From: Candidatus Methanomethylicia archaeon
GTDB lineage: Archaea > Thermoproteota > Methanomethylicia > Nezhaarchaeales > B40-G2
NCBI GenBank assembly: GCA_029259155.1
Contig: JAPDJI010000014.1
Span: 11,316 to 75,315, forward strand
Direction: 5' to 3'
Length of the DNA: 64,000 nt
Shown here: positions 27,651-38,416 of the stretch, in pieces
Layout: the number at the start of each line of letters is the position of its first letter
Numbering within the stretch: position 1 is the first letter of the stretch
Made by a program: the position numbers and the translations under genes
Notes under the pieces: generated by a model
Databases searched by the model: none
What the model saw: the letters and a program-made list of their open reading frames with translations, nothing else
Told to the model about the DNA's origin: nothing

Positions 27651-29975
27651 CTAGCTAGCAAGCCTTGCTGCTGCTATTGCTACTTGGCCTAAGGATATCC
27701 CTCCGTCGCCGCTTGGAGCTTTAATATGTCTATAGAACCTTAACCCTCTAGCTTCAACCATCTCCCTTATCTTCCTAGTTATGCGGTCGTTATAGGCGAC
27801 GCCGCCGCTGAAACCGATAGCCTTAATCCCTTCTTTTTCAGCAGCCTCAATGGCCATTAGCGCCAATCCTTTAGCTAATGCTTCCTGTACCGCAGCCGCT
27901 ACATCAGCTCTTCCAGCCCCCCTCCTATAAGCATCTAGAGCCTCGACCAGGATAAGCGGGGTGTCTAACCACATGCAGTTATCTCCACCACTTTTAACCC
28001 TCACCGGCAGGTCAAGGTAGCTTGGATCACCGCTGGAGGCTAGTGCTTCAAGCTTTATGGCAGGCTCACCTTCATAAGTCCTCTCCAGACAGGCCTTAAG
28101 CATAACCGAGGCTGCATCCAAAACCCTACCGGTGCTAGTCGTGTAGGGGTGGCTTTGCTTCTCGAGCTGTTTAGCTACGACCTCGACTTCAGCCTCACCG
28201 TGTCTAAAGCCTTCCAGGTACTCTGACATGACCACTTGGATGGCTTCGCCAATACCGAGTACCTGGCTCAACGCCGACATGAGCATCCTGGCCGGGTAAC
28301 GAGCGCAAAGATCTCCTCCAGGCATTGGTAGCCTAGCTAGCCTTCCAACCCTCTTGAAGCCAAGGTAGCTGGCGACGAGTACTTCTCCTCCCCAAGCCTC
28401 TCCGTCAAGGCCATAGCCTATCCCGTCAGCCGCTATACATATGAAGGTTTCATCCAGCCCTAGGCCGTGTTCAGCCATGAGGCTGGCGGCGTGAGCATGG
28501 TGGTGCTGCACTTCCAACAGCTCGGCATCAAAGCGCTCTGCCAGCTCCTTAGCTAACCTCCTCGTCAAGAAGCGTGGGTGAAGGTCGCAGGCTACCACTT
28601 CGACCTTATCGATGCTCAGCAGCCTCTTTAAGGACTCTAGGCTTGAAGCTAGGTAATCGTAGGTTTCAAGCCTATCTACATCGCCTATATACTGAGTTGG
28701 ATAGCAGTGGTCTCTCTTTAGTATCGCTCCGGTGACGTTTTCTTCAGCTCCTACAGCTATTGCTGAGCCTTTAGACGTAAAGCTTAGCTTAAAGGGCTCC
28801 ATTACGTAGCCCCTGGACCTCCTAATGGGGTTAGGTTTACCGTCGACCAGCTTTACCACGGAGTCGTCGCAGCGGTTTACGATGCGGCGGTTATGTAGTA
28901 AGAGGTAGTCAACTATGCCTTGTAGCTGTTTAAAGGCAGCCTCGTTATCTATGGCCATGGGCTCACCAGGCTCGTTGCCGCTCGTCATGATGACTGCAGG
29001 CTCGTTGAGGTGGCTTAGTAAGACATGATGTATGCCTGAGTAAGCTAACATCGCACCTACGCTATCAAGCCCTGGAGCTATCAGCTCAGAGAGCCTAAAT
29101 GGCTCAAGCTTCTTCAATAGTAGGATAGGCCTCCTAAATGAGGTTAGGAGTTCCTCCTCAAGCTTCGATACGTTAGCGTACGTCTTGACCTGCTCCAGCG
29201 TCCTAGACATGACAGCTAAGGGTCGCTGAGGTCTACGTTTACGTCTACGCAACTTAGCTACTACCTCATCGTCCGTAGCTAGAGCAGCGACATGTACTCC
29301 ACCTATTCCTTTAACGCCTACCACGTAGCCTTCCTTTATGAGGCGCGCAGCTTCCCTTAATGGATCGTCGACCGCAATTTCCTCCTTATCAATGGAGTAG
29401 AGCTTCATCTGTGGGCCGCAGCGCCAGCAACATACAGGCTCAGCGTGATGTCTCCTATCTAGAGGATCATGGTACTCTCGAGCGCAGTCTTCACACATAG
29501 GAAAATCTACCATGGAGGTCCTGACGCGGTCGTATGGCAGGTCTAGTATAATGGTGAACCTCGGCCCGCAGTAACTGCAAACTATGAAGGGGTAGAGGTA
29601 TCTTCTACCTCCAGGCGTGAAAAGTTCTTTCAAACATTCTTCACAAGTAGCTATGTCAGGCGGAGGGTTAGAGAAGCCTCCTGCAGCGGCTTCCTTATCG
29701 CTCTCCTCTATTTTAAACTCGGTTAGGCCTTTAGTTTCTTCCCACTTTACGTCTAGTCTCTCATATAGGGCTAAAGGAGGCTTCTCTTCCACGAGCTTCT
29801 TCAAGAAGTTCTCCAGCCTTCCCTCCTCGCCTTCTACTACTATCTCTACGCCTGCATCGCCAAGGTTCTTAACATAGCCTTTTAACCCATTTCTAACAGC
29901 TATGCGGTAGACGAATGGCCTAAATCCTACCCCCTGTACTACACCGCTGCAACGTATCACAGCTCTCCTCAACAA
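27651..29975 (-). CDS. hypF: Carbamoyltransferase HypF
   Basis: GVVQGVGFRPF, Zn fingers, QHHHAH, DGGISLGQ. Confidence 0.97.
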   Translation of the reverse strand: MLRRAVIRCSGVVQGVGFRPFVYRIAVRNGLKGYVKNLGDAGVEIVVEGEEGRLENFLKKLVEEKPPLALYERLDVKWEETKGLTEFKIEESDKEAAAGGFSNPPPDIATCEECLKELFTPGGRRYLYPFIVCSYCGPRFTIILDLPYDRVRTSMVDFPMCEDCAREYHDPLDRRHHAEPVCCWRCGPQMKLYSIDKEEIAVDDPLREAARLIKEGYVVGVKGIGGVHVAALATDDEVVAKLRRRKRRPQRPLAVMSRTLEQVKTYANVSKLEEELLTSFRRPILLLKKLEPFRLSELIAPGLDSVGAMLAYSGIHHVLLSHLNEPAVIMTSGNEPGEPMAIDNEAAFKQLQGIVDYLLLHNRRIVNRCDDSVVKLVDGKPNPIRRSRGYVMEPFKLSFTSKGSAIAVGAEENVTGAILKRDHCYPTQYIGDVDRLETYDYLASSLESLKRLLSIDKVEVVACDLHPRFLTRRLAKELAERFDAELLEVQHHHAHAASLMAEHGLGLDETFICIAADGIGYGLDGEAWGGEVLVASYLGFKRVGRLARLPMPGGDLCARYPARMLMSALSQVLGIGEAIQVVMSEYLEGFRHGEAEVEVVAKQLEKQSHPYTTSTGRVLDAASVMLKACLERTYEGEPAIKLEALASSGDPSYLDLPVRVKSGGDNCMWLDTPLILVEALDAYRRGAGRADVAAAVQEALAKGLALMAIEAAEKEGIKAIGFSGGVAYNDRITRKIREMVEARGLRFYRHIKAPSGDGGISLGQVAIAAARLAS

Positions 29976-30088
29976 GTTTTACCATGCTCCTAATGTTTTA
30001 AGCCGGTTTAACATCAATCCTCCTGCATTATAGCTTTGCGTTGCTTTTCAAGGATCTTTGCCGTTGAAGCCTTTATTAAGCAGTAATC

Positions 30089-30760
30089 GTGCTTGCACCT
30101 AAAAACCTGGCGGATGAAAAAATGAGCCTAGGGTTTCTCTTAAAGATCTCATTGATCAGTTGCTCGGGAGCTTTAGCTCCAGGACCCTTGACAGCAGCGA
30201 CGGCGGCGCTAGGCGTTAAGAGAGGCTGGAGAGGTGGTTTTTGGGTTGGCATGGGTCACATGTTAGTGGAAGCTCCACTGGTATTGTTGGTTGGGCTAGG
30301 TTTAGTAGTAGCTCTTACATCAAGGATGGCAGTGGTTGGGCTTAGTCTAGCTGGCGGGTTTTTCATGTTGGGATTTGCGGCTTTAACCTTTAGGGATGCC
30401 TTCAAGTTCAAGGGGCTGGAGGGTGGAGGTGAAGGTGGACGGTTTTCCTCGCCTATACTGGTGGGAGTAGGCTTGACAGCTTTGAACCCCTTCTTCATTA
30501 TCTGGTGGGGCACCGTGGGGGCGCCCTTAATCCTCGAAGGACTTGGTTATTGGGGTCTGCCTGGTTTAATACCGCTTTACGCGGCTCACGTATGGTTGGA
30601 CTATGCTTGGCTTAGCTTAGTGGCCCACTTAACCTCGCTGGGTGGCAGTAGGGCTAAGATATATAGGGCTATGCTGATTGGCTTCTCCATCTTCTTGGTA
30701 GTGTTCGGCGTCGACTTCGTATACTACGCTTTGACGGAGACCTACCTTCTTCCGCTTTAA
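30089..30760 (+). CDS. LysE-family translocator
   Basis: SGALAPGP, GH..E, LNPFFIIWW. Confidence 0.85.
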   Translation: MLAPKNLADEKMSLGFLLKISLISCSGALAPGPLTAATAALGVKRGWRGGFWVGMGHMLVEAPLVLLVGLGLVVALTSRMAVVGLSLAGGFFMLGFAALTFRDAFKFKGLEGGGEGGRFSSPILVGVGLTALNPFFIIWWGTVGAPLILEGLGYWGLPGLIPLYAAHVWLDYAWLSLVAHLTSLGGSRAKIYRAMLIGFSIFLVVFGVDFVYYALTETYLLPL

Positions 30761-30817
30761 AGCACGGTTGCAACGTTGTAGAGAATAAGTTTAAGGCAAG
30801 CCTCCAAGTCGAGGTTA

Positions 30818-31927
30818 TTGAAGGAAACGGTGTTTGATGTGAAGTTCAGTAAAGCCATCGAGATTGGAGAGATCAAGGTCTGGCTGGTCTGGTTTGATAG
30901 CTTAGGTGCGAAGTCAAGCTGCATTTTAGTTGAGACCCCTGACGTGAAAGTTCTCGTGGACCCTGGCGTAGCTGAGATGCAGCCTAGTTACCCATTAAGC
31001 TGGGACGAGAAGCTACGTCTACGCGACGAAGCGTTCAACGCTATCTTAGAGGCTTCAAAGCAGGCAGACGTGATTACAGTGAGCCACTACCACTACGATC
31101 ACCATACGTTGCCGTCGGAGGCGCCCGCGCTTTATGCTGGCAAGAAACTATTAATCAAGGACCCTAACACCTGGATTAACGGGTCACAGTGGGATAGAGC
31201 CAGGCTTTTCCTAGATGAACTACACCGCGTACTGGGTGGAGGAGGACTTGAGGAACTGCTCATAGAGCCCAGCAGCTTAGAAGTAAAGGATCCACTCAGC
31301 GAGCTACCGTTGGCTTCATCCAAGGATTATGGAGATTATGGTACTAGGAAACGGGAGCTTCTGCTGAAGGGTAAGAAGTGGTTTGAAGGTTTAGTGGAGG
31401 ATTGGCGTAGTAAACCTTGGGTCAGGGAGTTTAAGCTGAGCGGTGTGGAGGTTTACTTCGCTGATGGTAAAAGCTTTCATTATGGCTCTACAGAGCTTAA
31501 GTTCTCAAAACCGTTGTTCCACGGATTGGAGTATGATAAGCTTGGCTGGGTGCTTATGTTAACTGTGAAGCACCAAGGCGTTAAAGTGGTGCATTCTTCT
31601 GATCTTCAAGGCCCAGTAATAGAGGACTACGCCGAGATGATCATAGCTGAACGCCCGGACCTCGTGGTGCTTGATGGTCCACCTACCTACCTCTTTGGTT
31701 ACACTTTAAACCGCATTAATTTGAAGAGGGCGGAGGAAAACGCTAAACGTATAGCTGAGGAGTCGGGGGCCAAGCTGATAATTTATGATCACCACCTCCT
31801 CCGGGACCGCCTTTATAAGCATAGGCTTGAAGGTCTTTACAGCTCGGTTTCGAGCAGTAAATTAATGACCGCAGCTGAGTGGCTAGGGGAGCGGCCTCTA
31901 ATATTGAAGGTGGCAGGCGAAGTCTAA
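30818..31927 (+). CDS. MBL-fold hydrolase (UPF0282-like)
   Basis: DSLGAKS, SHYHYDH, SDLQGP, DHHLLRD. Confidence 0.85.
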   Translation: MKETVFDVKFSKAIEIGEIKVWLVWFDSLGAKSSCILVETPDVKVLVDPGVAEMQPSYPLSWDEKLRLRDEAFNAILEASKQADVITVSHYHYDHHTLPSEAPALYAGKKLLIKDPNTWINGSQWDRARLFLDELHRVLGGGGLEELLIEPSSLEVKDPLSELPLASSKDYGDYGTRKRELLLKGKKWFEGLVEDWRSKPWVREFKLSGVEVYFADGKSFHYGSTELKFSKPLFHGLEYDKLGWVLMLTVKHQGVKVVHSSDLQGPVIEDYAEMIIAERPDLVVLDGPPTYLFGYTLNRINLKRAEENAKRIAEESGAKLIIYDHHLLRDRLYKHRLEGLYSSVSSSKLMTAAEWLGERPLILKVAGEV

Positions 31928-31988
31928 AACCTAATCTCTCTACACCAAGTTTTATTTAAGAGCGTGGAGCGTTAGGCTTGGTGGGACG

Positions 31989-34070
31989 ATACCTGTCGTA
32001 GAAAAGGTCAGGAAAAGAGATGGTAGATTAGAGGGCTTTAATATAGATAAGATAGCCTCTGCCATAGCTAAGGCGTTCGCAGCTGTAGGTGAACCCGATG
32101 GAGAACGTGCGCGTCAATTAGCGCTGAAAGTAGTGAGCGTGGTAGAGGAGAGGTTTAAGGAGGCGGTGCCTAGCGTCGAGGACATCCAGGACATAGTTGA
32201 GGAGGAGCTAATTAAGGCTGGTTACGCGAAGGTGGCAAAGGCCTACATCCTTTATAGGCAGAAAAGAGCTGAGGTAAGAGGACTTAAGAGCATCTACGGC
32301 GTCAAGGATGACCTTAAGCTCTCCGTAAACGCGATAAGGGTGTTAGAACGCCGCTACCTCCTTAAGGACCGTGAAGGCAGAGTGATAGAGACCACGAGCC
32401 AGCTATTTTGGAGGGTGGCTAGGGCAATAGCAGCGGTCGATGAGTTTTACGGGGCTTCACGAGACGAAGCGGCTAGGTCGGAGGTAGAGTTTTATCGAAT
32501 GATGGCTGGACTAGAGTTTCTACCTAACTCTCCCACCTTAATGAACGCAGGGACAGATATAGGTCAACTCTCAGCTTGTTTTGTATTGCCTGTAGATGAC
32601 TCGATTGAAGGTATCTTCGACGCCTTAAAGCTCATGGCTATAATCCATAAAAGTGGTGGTGGAACTGGCTTCAGTTTCTCTAGGCTTAGGCCTAGGGGCG
32701 ACGCAGTAGCCTCCACTATGGGTGTAGCCTCCGGCCCACTCTCTTTCATGAAGATTTTCGATGTAGCTACAGAAGTAATCAAGCAGGGAGGTAAACGTAG
32801 AGGAGCCAATATGGGTGTGCTCCGCGTAGACCACCCTGACATACTTGAGTTCGTAGATGCAAAATCTACGCCGGAAGCCTTCAGCAACTTCAACCTCTCC
32901 GTGGCGGTTACCGACGAGTTTATGGAGGCAGTTAAGGAGAACAGGGACTATGCACTCGTCAACCCTAGGACGAGGGAGACCGTTAAGAGGCTTCCTGCTC
33001 GCGATGTCTTCGACTTAATCGTAGCTAATGCTTGGCGGACAGGCGACCCAGGCCTACTTTTCATAGATGAGATCAATAGGCATAATCCTACCCCTAAACT
33101 AGGGACGATCGAGGCCACTAATCCCTGTGGAGAGGTACCTTTGCTGCCTTATGAATCCTGTAATTTAGGGTCTATCAACCTCTCCAAGATGGTTAAGAGA
33201 GGCGAGGTAGATTGGGAAAAGCTTGAAAGGACCGTGGAGAAGGCGGTCCACTTCCTGGATAACGTAATAGACGCTAATCGTTACCCTGTCCCTGAGATCG
33301 AGCATATGACAAAGCTGAACCGTAAGATAGGCTTGGGTATAATGGGCTTCGCAGAGATGTTAATCCAGATGGAGATACCTTATGACTCCGAGGAGGCTTT
33401 GAAGATAGCAGAGAAGGTGATGAGTTTTATCTCGGAAAGAGCAAGGGAAGAATCAGTGGAATTAGGGAGGCTTAGAGGCTCTTTCCCTAGCTTTGAAGAA
33501 AGTATCTGGTCTTCTAAATTTGATGCGCTGCGCAACGCCACAGTAACCTCCATAGCTCCAACCGGCACGATAAGCATCATCGCGAATACCACGAGCAGCA
33601 TCGAGCCCATCTTCGCTCTAGCTTACGTTAGACAGGTTCTAGAGGGGGTTAGGCTCCTTGAAGTAAACCCGCTATTTGAAAAAGTGGCTAAAGAGAGGGG
33701 TTTCTATAGCCAAGAATTAATGTTGAAGGTGGCGAAGGCCGGGTCTGTCAGGGAGCTTTCCGAAGTACCCAGTGACGTTAGGGAACTCTTCGTGACGGCT
33801 TTAGAGGTAGAACCGGAGTGGCACGTCAAGGTACAAGCAACTTTTCAGAGGTACGTGGATAACGCGGTGGCTAAGACCATAAACCTTCGGCCTGAAGCCT
33901 CCATGGAGGAGGTTAGGAAAGCCTTCATGTTAGCTTATGAGCTCAAGTGTAAGGGTATAACCATATATAGATATGGTAGTAAACCCACTCAGGTCCTATA
34001 CATCGGGCTAGGCCTAGAAGCTGAGGCGGAACCAACTTCAGGTTGTCCTTCCAGTGTATGTGCGCCGTGA
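31989..34070 (+). CDS. nrdJ: Class II (B12-dependent) ribonucleotide reductase with ATP cone
   Basis: PNSPTL, SACF, TNPCGE, CNLGS, IAPTG, C-terminal Cys pair. The ATP-cone motif VRKRDG lies in frame upstream of the listed GTG (probable ATA start at 31989). Confidence 0.93.
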   Translation: MPVVEKVRKRDGRLEGFNIDKIASAIAKAFAAVGEPDGERARQLALKVVSVVEERFKEAVPSVEDIQDIVEEELIKAGYAKVAKAYILYRQKRAEVRGLKSIYGVKDDLKLSVNAIRVLERRYLLKDREGRVIETTSQLFWRVARAIAAVDEFYGASRDEAARSEVEFYRMMAGLEFLPNSPTLMNAGTDIGQLSACFVLPVDDSIEGIFDALKLMAIIHKSGGGTGFSFSRLRPRGDAVASTMGVASGPLSFMKIFDVATEVIKQGGKRRGANMGVLRVDHPDILEFVDAKSTPEAFSNFNLSVAVTDEFMEAVKENRDYALVNPRTRETVKRLPARDVFDLIVANAWRTGDPGLLFIDEINRHNPTPKLGTIEATNPCGEVPLLPYESCNLGSINLSKMVKRGEVDWEKLERTVEKAVHFLDNVIDANRYPVPEIEHMTKLNRKIGLGIMGFAEMLIQMEIPYDSEEALKIAEKVMSFISERAREESVELGRLRGSFPSFEESIWSSKFDALRNATVTSIAPTGTISIIANTTSSIEPIFALAYVRQVLEGVRLLEVNPLFEKVAKERGFYSQELMLKVAKAGSVRELSEVPSDVRELFVTALEVEPEWHVKVQATFQRYVDNAVAKTINLRPEASMEEVRKAFMLAYELKCKGITIYRYGSKPTQVLYIGLGLEAEAEPTSGCPSSVCAP

Positions 34071-34264
34071 ATCGCCTTTAAACCATGTTCATGTATATTT
34101 GCCCTATATGGGTGGTCGTTGGCTGGTGCCTATCTTAGCTCGAGAAGGTGATGTGGAGTGGAAAATATAAATAACACATTTCTAAAAAAACTCACACTGA
34201 GGTGCCTGTGGATGCAGACCGCTAACCCCCTCCTTTCACCTCCTTTTCTGGGTTAAGTTTCGTT

Positions 34265-34675
34265 ATGGAGGAATGGAGCTTGAGACGTTTGTCGTTGGAT
34301 GAGGCGGCTGTCTTTCATGGCCACCTAGGGCCATTCTTAGCGTTAGGGTATCGAGCAGGAGAGATTGTTGTTGAGATCCTGAAGCCTAGCTCCTTCAACG
34401 AATTGAAGGCGGTGGTACGTTGTCCCCTCAAGACGCCTTATTCCTGCTTCATCGACGGCGTCCAATGCTCCACCTGTTGTACTGTGGGAAAGAGGACTCT
34501 GGAGATTGTTGAAGGAGATGGTATAACCTTAGAAGTAGAGGGACCTAGAGGAGGTAGGTTGAGGTTGAAGGTACGGGAAGAGGCCTTCTCCAAGATAAGG
34601 TCTACCAATAAGCTTGAAGAAGCTGCGAGATGGGTCTTAGACGCACCGTTAGAGGCTCTCTTCGAAATATTGTGA
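34265..34675 (+). CDS. FmdE/FwdE-family protein
   Basis: FHGHLGP, SCFIDGVQ..T.CTVGK. Confidence 0.85.
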   Translation: MEEWSLRRLSLDEAAVFHGHLGPFLALGYRAGEIVVEILKPSSFNELKAVVRCPLKTPYSCFIDGVQCSTCCTVGKRTLEIVEGDGITLEVEGPRGGRLRLKVREEAFSKIRSTNKLEEAARWVLDAPLEALFEIL

Positions 34676-34932
34676 GGGGGATACGCCAACTTTATTGACA
34701 CGTACGGTAAGGTGAGGCCATATATTGGGCCAACCTTGGTTAAGATGCATTAAAACCACCTTAGTTAAGGATCAGACCACGCATGGTTGAACCGTAATGT
34801 TGAAGCAAGTTGCTGGGATAAGAAGTAATAAGAGGGAGGTATACGAGATTAAAGGTAGGGGAGCATAACAATCGGTCAATTTTGGCCATGTTTTCTCATG
34901 AAAATAGAGCTCATGTCGAGCATCTTCCCTAG

Positions 34933-35535
34933 GTGGTTAAGTTGACGCTGAAGGATGAAGTGGAAGATAGGTTTAGGAAGCTTTCAGCTATAGCCTTAGG
35001 GTTAGACCTCCGTGAACTTGAAGAGGCCTCTGCCATGTTTATTGGAGGGAAAAGGAGGCTGCCCGTGAAGCCGAACCTTGTAGTGGACTACCTTGACCTT
35101 TTTGAAGCTTCGCTTATAGCTTCTTCACTGAAGAAGAAGGGGTTAAAGCTGGATGAAGCCTTTACACTTATCCCTGAAGGGGAAGGAAGTAGGTTCATCT
35201 TGGTGGCGAAGGCTTGTAGGGAGGTGGAGGAGGCGGTAAGTAAGTTAGATAAGGTAAGGGAGCTTGGCTATGCAAAGCCTATTGCCTTGAGGATCTTGAA
35301 GGAGTGGAGGGCACGATCAGGTAGACGTGAAGGGGATGTGGATGAGGCGCTACACTTAGCCATGGAGGTAATGAAGGCTAAGGAGGAAGCGTTGTCAAAG
35401 AGGTGTCCTAGGTGTGGCGGTGCTGTAGCAAGGGTAGTGGAGAGAGCGAGAGGTGAGGTGTTCGTGGTTACTATTGAGAGGACTTGCTGTGGTTATGTAG
35501 AGCGCCTTAAGGTACCCATTAAGCAGCCGCGGTAG
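34933..35535 (+). CDS. Hypothetical protein with C-terminal Zn ribbon
   Basis: CPRCGG...TCCG. Confidence 0.65.
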   Translation: MVKLTLKDEVEDRFRKLSAIALGLDLRELEEASAMFIGGKRRLPVKPNLVVDYLDLFEASLIASSLKKKGLKLDEAFTLIPEGEGSRFILVAKACREVEEAVSKLDKVRELGYAKPIALRILKEWRARSGRREGDVDEALHLAMEVMKAKEEALSKRCPRCGGAVARVVERARGEVFVVTIERTCCGYVERLKVPIKQPR

Positions 35536-35600
35536 TCAGGATTAAGGCGAGGTAGATTTATTTAAGAGGCTACGCTTCACCTCGTCACGAAGGTGGCTCT

Positions 35601-36368
35601 ATGACCCGCATGGTGATCTCAGTATCGGGTAAAGGTGGAGCAGGTAAGAGTACGGTGGCAGCGCTCTTATTGAAGCTTCTCGACGAGAAAGGTGGTAGGA
35701 CTGTGTTGGCGGTGGATGCGGATCCAGCTTCTAACTTGGCTGACATGCTGGGCTTTCAGGTGGAGAAGACTGTAGCTAAAGTGGCTGAGGAGTTACGTAG
35801 AGACATAGAAAGAGGAGCTATTCCTCCTGGAGTTAGCAAAAAGGATATATTGGAGTTTAAGGTGTACTCTGCCCTCAAAGAGGCGAAGAACTTCGACTTA
35901 CTGGTCATGGGTAGAGGCGAGGGTGAAGGCTGTTACTGTTACGTTAACTCGGTGCTCACAGGGATCTTGGATACCCTTACCAAAAATTACGACGTTACCT
36001 TGATGGATATGGAGGCTGGGCTAGAACATGTCAGCAGGAGGACGGATAGAGATGTGGATTACATGTTAATAGTAGTAGACCCGAGCAAGATGAGCTTTGA
36101 GACGGCGAAGAGGATTAAGGAGGTAGCCGAGGAAGTTCATGTAGAGTTTAAACATATGGGGCTCGTAGGTAACAGGTTCAGCTTGGAGGATGAAGATTAC
36201 CTCAGGAAAAGAGCTGAGAGCCTAGGGATGGAGTATGGAGGGCTAATACCTGAGGACATAAATGTTCATAGATTTAACCTCGAGGGAAGGCCTCTGCTAG
36301 AACTACCTGACGATAGCCCAGCGGTTATAGCGGCCAAGAAGCTCTTGGAGTACATGGGTCTTCTATGA
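35601..36368 (+). CDS. cooC: CooC/AcsF-like nickel-insertion ATPase
   Basis: GKGGAGKS, DADP, GCYC, DMEAGLEH. Confidence 0.9.
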   Translation: MTRMVISVSGKGGAGKSTVAALLLKLLDEKGGRTVLAVDADPASNLADMLGFQVEKTVAKVAEELRRDIERGAIPPGVSKKDILEFKVYSALKEAKNFDLLVMGRGEGEGCYCYVNSVLTGILDTLTKNYDVTLMDMEAGLEHVSRRTDRDVDYMLIVVDPSKMSFETAKRIKEVAEEVHVEFKHMGLVGNRFSLEDEDYLRKRAESLGMEYGGLIPEDINVHRFNLEGRPLLELPDDSPAVIAAKKLLEYMGLL

Positions 36369-36377
36369 GCCCCTCCT

Positions 36378-36731
36378 TCACTCTTCAACCTCTTCGAGAA
36401 GCTTAAGTACCGCTTCGTAAGCCTCTCTTGCCCTCTTAAGCTCTTGCTCTGCAGCTTCTGCGTTGACTTCGCCTTCAAAGAAGGCTTCTTTAGCCTGCCT
36501 CCTAATCCAGTCCTCGAGAAGCTTAGCTCTCTCAGCTAGACCAAGGCTGAACCAAGAAGTGCCTATGAGTTTGGAAGAAGCTTTAAAGCATAGTTCAAGG
36601 CAGGCCTCAGAGGAGTTAATGGACAAAGCATATAGCCCCTTACGGTGGGCCTCTTCAGCCTCCTTAAGTATAGCCTCAGCCTGTTTAAGCTCTTTTTTGA
36701 CGGCCTCCACTATGTCCATGGAAAAAGACAC
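36378..36731 (-). CDS. HEPN-like helical protein
   Basis: Helical pattern with EACLELCFKA resembling the HEPN ExxLKA motif; no RxxxxH. Confidence 0.55.
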   Translation of the reverse strand: MSFSMDIVEAVKKELKQAEAILKEAEEAHRKGLYALSINSSEACLELCFKASSKLIGTSWFSLGLAERAKLLEDWIRRQAKEAFFEGEVNAEAAEQELKRAREAYEAVLKLLEEVEE

Positions 36732-36765
36732 CTAAAACTTAAACGGAGTTGCCTGCACCTATAAA

Positions 36766-38232
36766 TTGACTAGTGAATTGAGGGTCCTTTTGTTTAACCC
36801 TCCTCCTCCCAAGGGAGGTTACTCCGAAGAGCTTCAAGCTCCTCACGTGGGTTTAGCTTACCTAGCTGCGGTATTGGAGGAGCACGGACACAAGGTATGG
36901 GTGGTAGATAGCCACCCGCTAGGCTTAGAAGGCTTGAACATACTTCCGTTGCTAGTCAGGAAGCTTAAGCCTAACTTGGTGGGAATTACTTCTACGACGC
37001 TGACCATAAATCAAGCCTTAAAGGCTGCTAGCTTGGTCAAGGGAGTGGATCCTGATATATTAGTGGTTATGGGCGGGCCTCACGTTACCTTCCTTGACCT
37101 TGAAACCTTAGCATCCTCCAATGCAGTGGACGCAGTAGTTAGAGGAGAAGGGGAAGAGACGTTAATCGACCTCGTGGAGAAGGTGGAGGCTGAAGGGAAT
37201 TTTGAGGGGGTTGAAGGTCTCACCTACAGAGACGAAGAGGGTAAAATCAAGAGGGAGGGTGATAGGCCACTTATTGAAGACCTCGACAGCTTACCTTTTC
37301 CCTCATATAGACATTTACCGCTTAGTGCTTACAGGTCCTTTGGGCTTAAGCCGCCTTCCCTGCCCATAGTCACCAGCCGAGGCTGTCCTTTCAGGTGCAG
37401 TTTCTGTGTTTCTTGGAAGATATATAGAGGTAGGTGGAGGCAGCGGAGTGCTAAAAACGTGGTTGATGAGCTAGAGCACCACGTTGAGGAGTATAGGGTA
37501 ACCGATTTCTCCTTTGTCGATGACATATTTACCTTGAACCGTAAGAGGGTGAAGGAGATCTGTAAGGAGATCCGTGAGCGAGGATTAGAGATCACATGGG
37601 GGTGTAGTGCAAGAGTGGACACTGTGGATGAAGAGCTGTTAAAGACCATGAAGAGGGCAGGCTGCCACACTGTCTACTTCGGCGTGGAGGCCAGATCTCA
37701 ACGCACCTTAAATGCCATGAGGAAGGGCTTTGTTCCTGAAAAGGTTGAAGAAGTGTTTAAGTTATGTAGGAAGTTGGGGATAAACACCGTAGCCTCGGCC
37801 ATCCTTTTCTGGCCTACAGAAACTAGAAAGGAGGTGAAAGAAACCATTAGGTTCGTTAAGAGCCTAGAAGCTGACATAGCTCAGTTCTGCATAGCTACAC
37901 CTTTCCCAGGAACGGACCTATACCAAGAGATGGAACAGGTTGGTTTAATAAAAGAGAAGGACTGGTCTAAGTATGATATCGTAACACCCGTCTTTGAAAC
38001 TTCTCAGTTTAATAGTAAATACATGGTTAGGCTTTGGAAAAAGGCTTACTTGACTTTTTATCTTAGACCTAGCTATGTGGCTAAGCAACTAGCAAAGCGT
38101 AGCTTACCTTTATTTAAAGCCATGCTTCACATGGTTAAAAGAGCCTTATATTATAGGCTTAAGCTACCTTGTCCTGAAGCTAGTTTAAGGATGATGGTAG
38201 CTGAACTCTCTCTCAAGGAAGTATTGCCATAG
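36766..38232 (+). CDS. B12-binding-domain radical SAM protein
   Basis: GLAYLAA, GGPH, SRGCPFRCSFC, PFPGT. Confidence 0.92.
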   Translation: MTSELRVLLFNPPPPKGGYSEELQAPHVGLAYLAAVLEEHGHKVWVVDSHPLGLEGLNILPLLVRKLKPNLVGITSTTLTINQALKAASLVKGVDPDILVVMGGPHVTFLDLETLASSNAVDAVVRGEGEETLIDLVEKVEAEGNFEGVEGLTYRDEEGKIKREGDRPLIEDLDSLPFPSYRHLPLSAYRSFGLKPPSLPIVTSRGCPFRCSFCVSWKIYRGRWRQRSAKNVVDELEHHVEEYRVTDFSFVDDIFTLNRKRVKEICKEIRERGLEITWGCSARVDTVDEELLKTMKRAGCHTVYFGVEARSQRTLNAMRKGFVPEKVEEVFKLCRKLGINTVASAILFWPTETRKEVKETIRFVKSLEADIAQFCIATPFPGTDLYQEMEQVGLIKEKDWSKYDIVTPVFETSQFNSKYMVRLWKKAYLTFYLRPSYVAKQLAKRSLPLFKAMLHMVKRALYYRLKLPCPEASLRMMVAELSLKEVLP

Positions 38233-38274
38233 CCTCAACCACTCGAGAGTTTTACCCATGACTGAAGGAGCTTC
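38130..38274 (+). repeat. 145-bp direct repeat, copy 1
   Basis: catggttaaaagagcc...ctgaaggagcttc, identical by eye to 45299-45443. Confidence 0.95.
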
Positions 38275-38416
38275 TTGGTCACGGATGGGAGGATGTTATT
38301 ACGAACTTAAAAAAGGTAACACTTAAATAGTCCAACACAAACGCGTACTATGCCATGGGATGTTTCGTAACAGCGGGTAGGCAGCATTGCTGTTGGGCTT
38401 ATGGAAGTGACAGTTA

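Noticed and set aside
26687-27658. 323-aa + strand ORF
   Set aside because: Antisense shadow of hypE with Ser/Pro/Thr-rich composition. The same applies to the many short antisense ORFs in the track.
34071-34932. Long intergenic gaps around fmdE as riboswitch or small genes
   Set aside because: No recognisable RNA motif or ORF with a credible start.
36378-36731. HEPN-MNT toxin-antitoxin system
   Set aside because: No adjacent nucleotidyltransferase and no RxxxxH motif.
38275-38300. GGGAGGATGTTA resembles IS200/IS605 right-end motifs at the island edge
   Set aside because: No convincing hairpin and no tnpA/tnpB remnant; too short to support.
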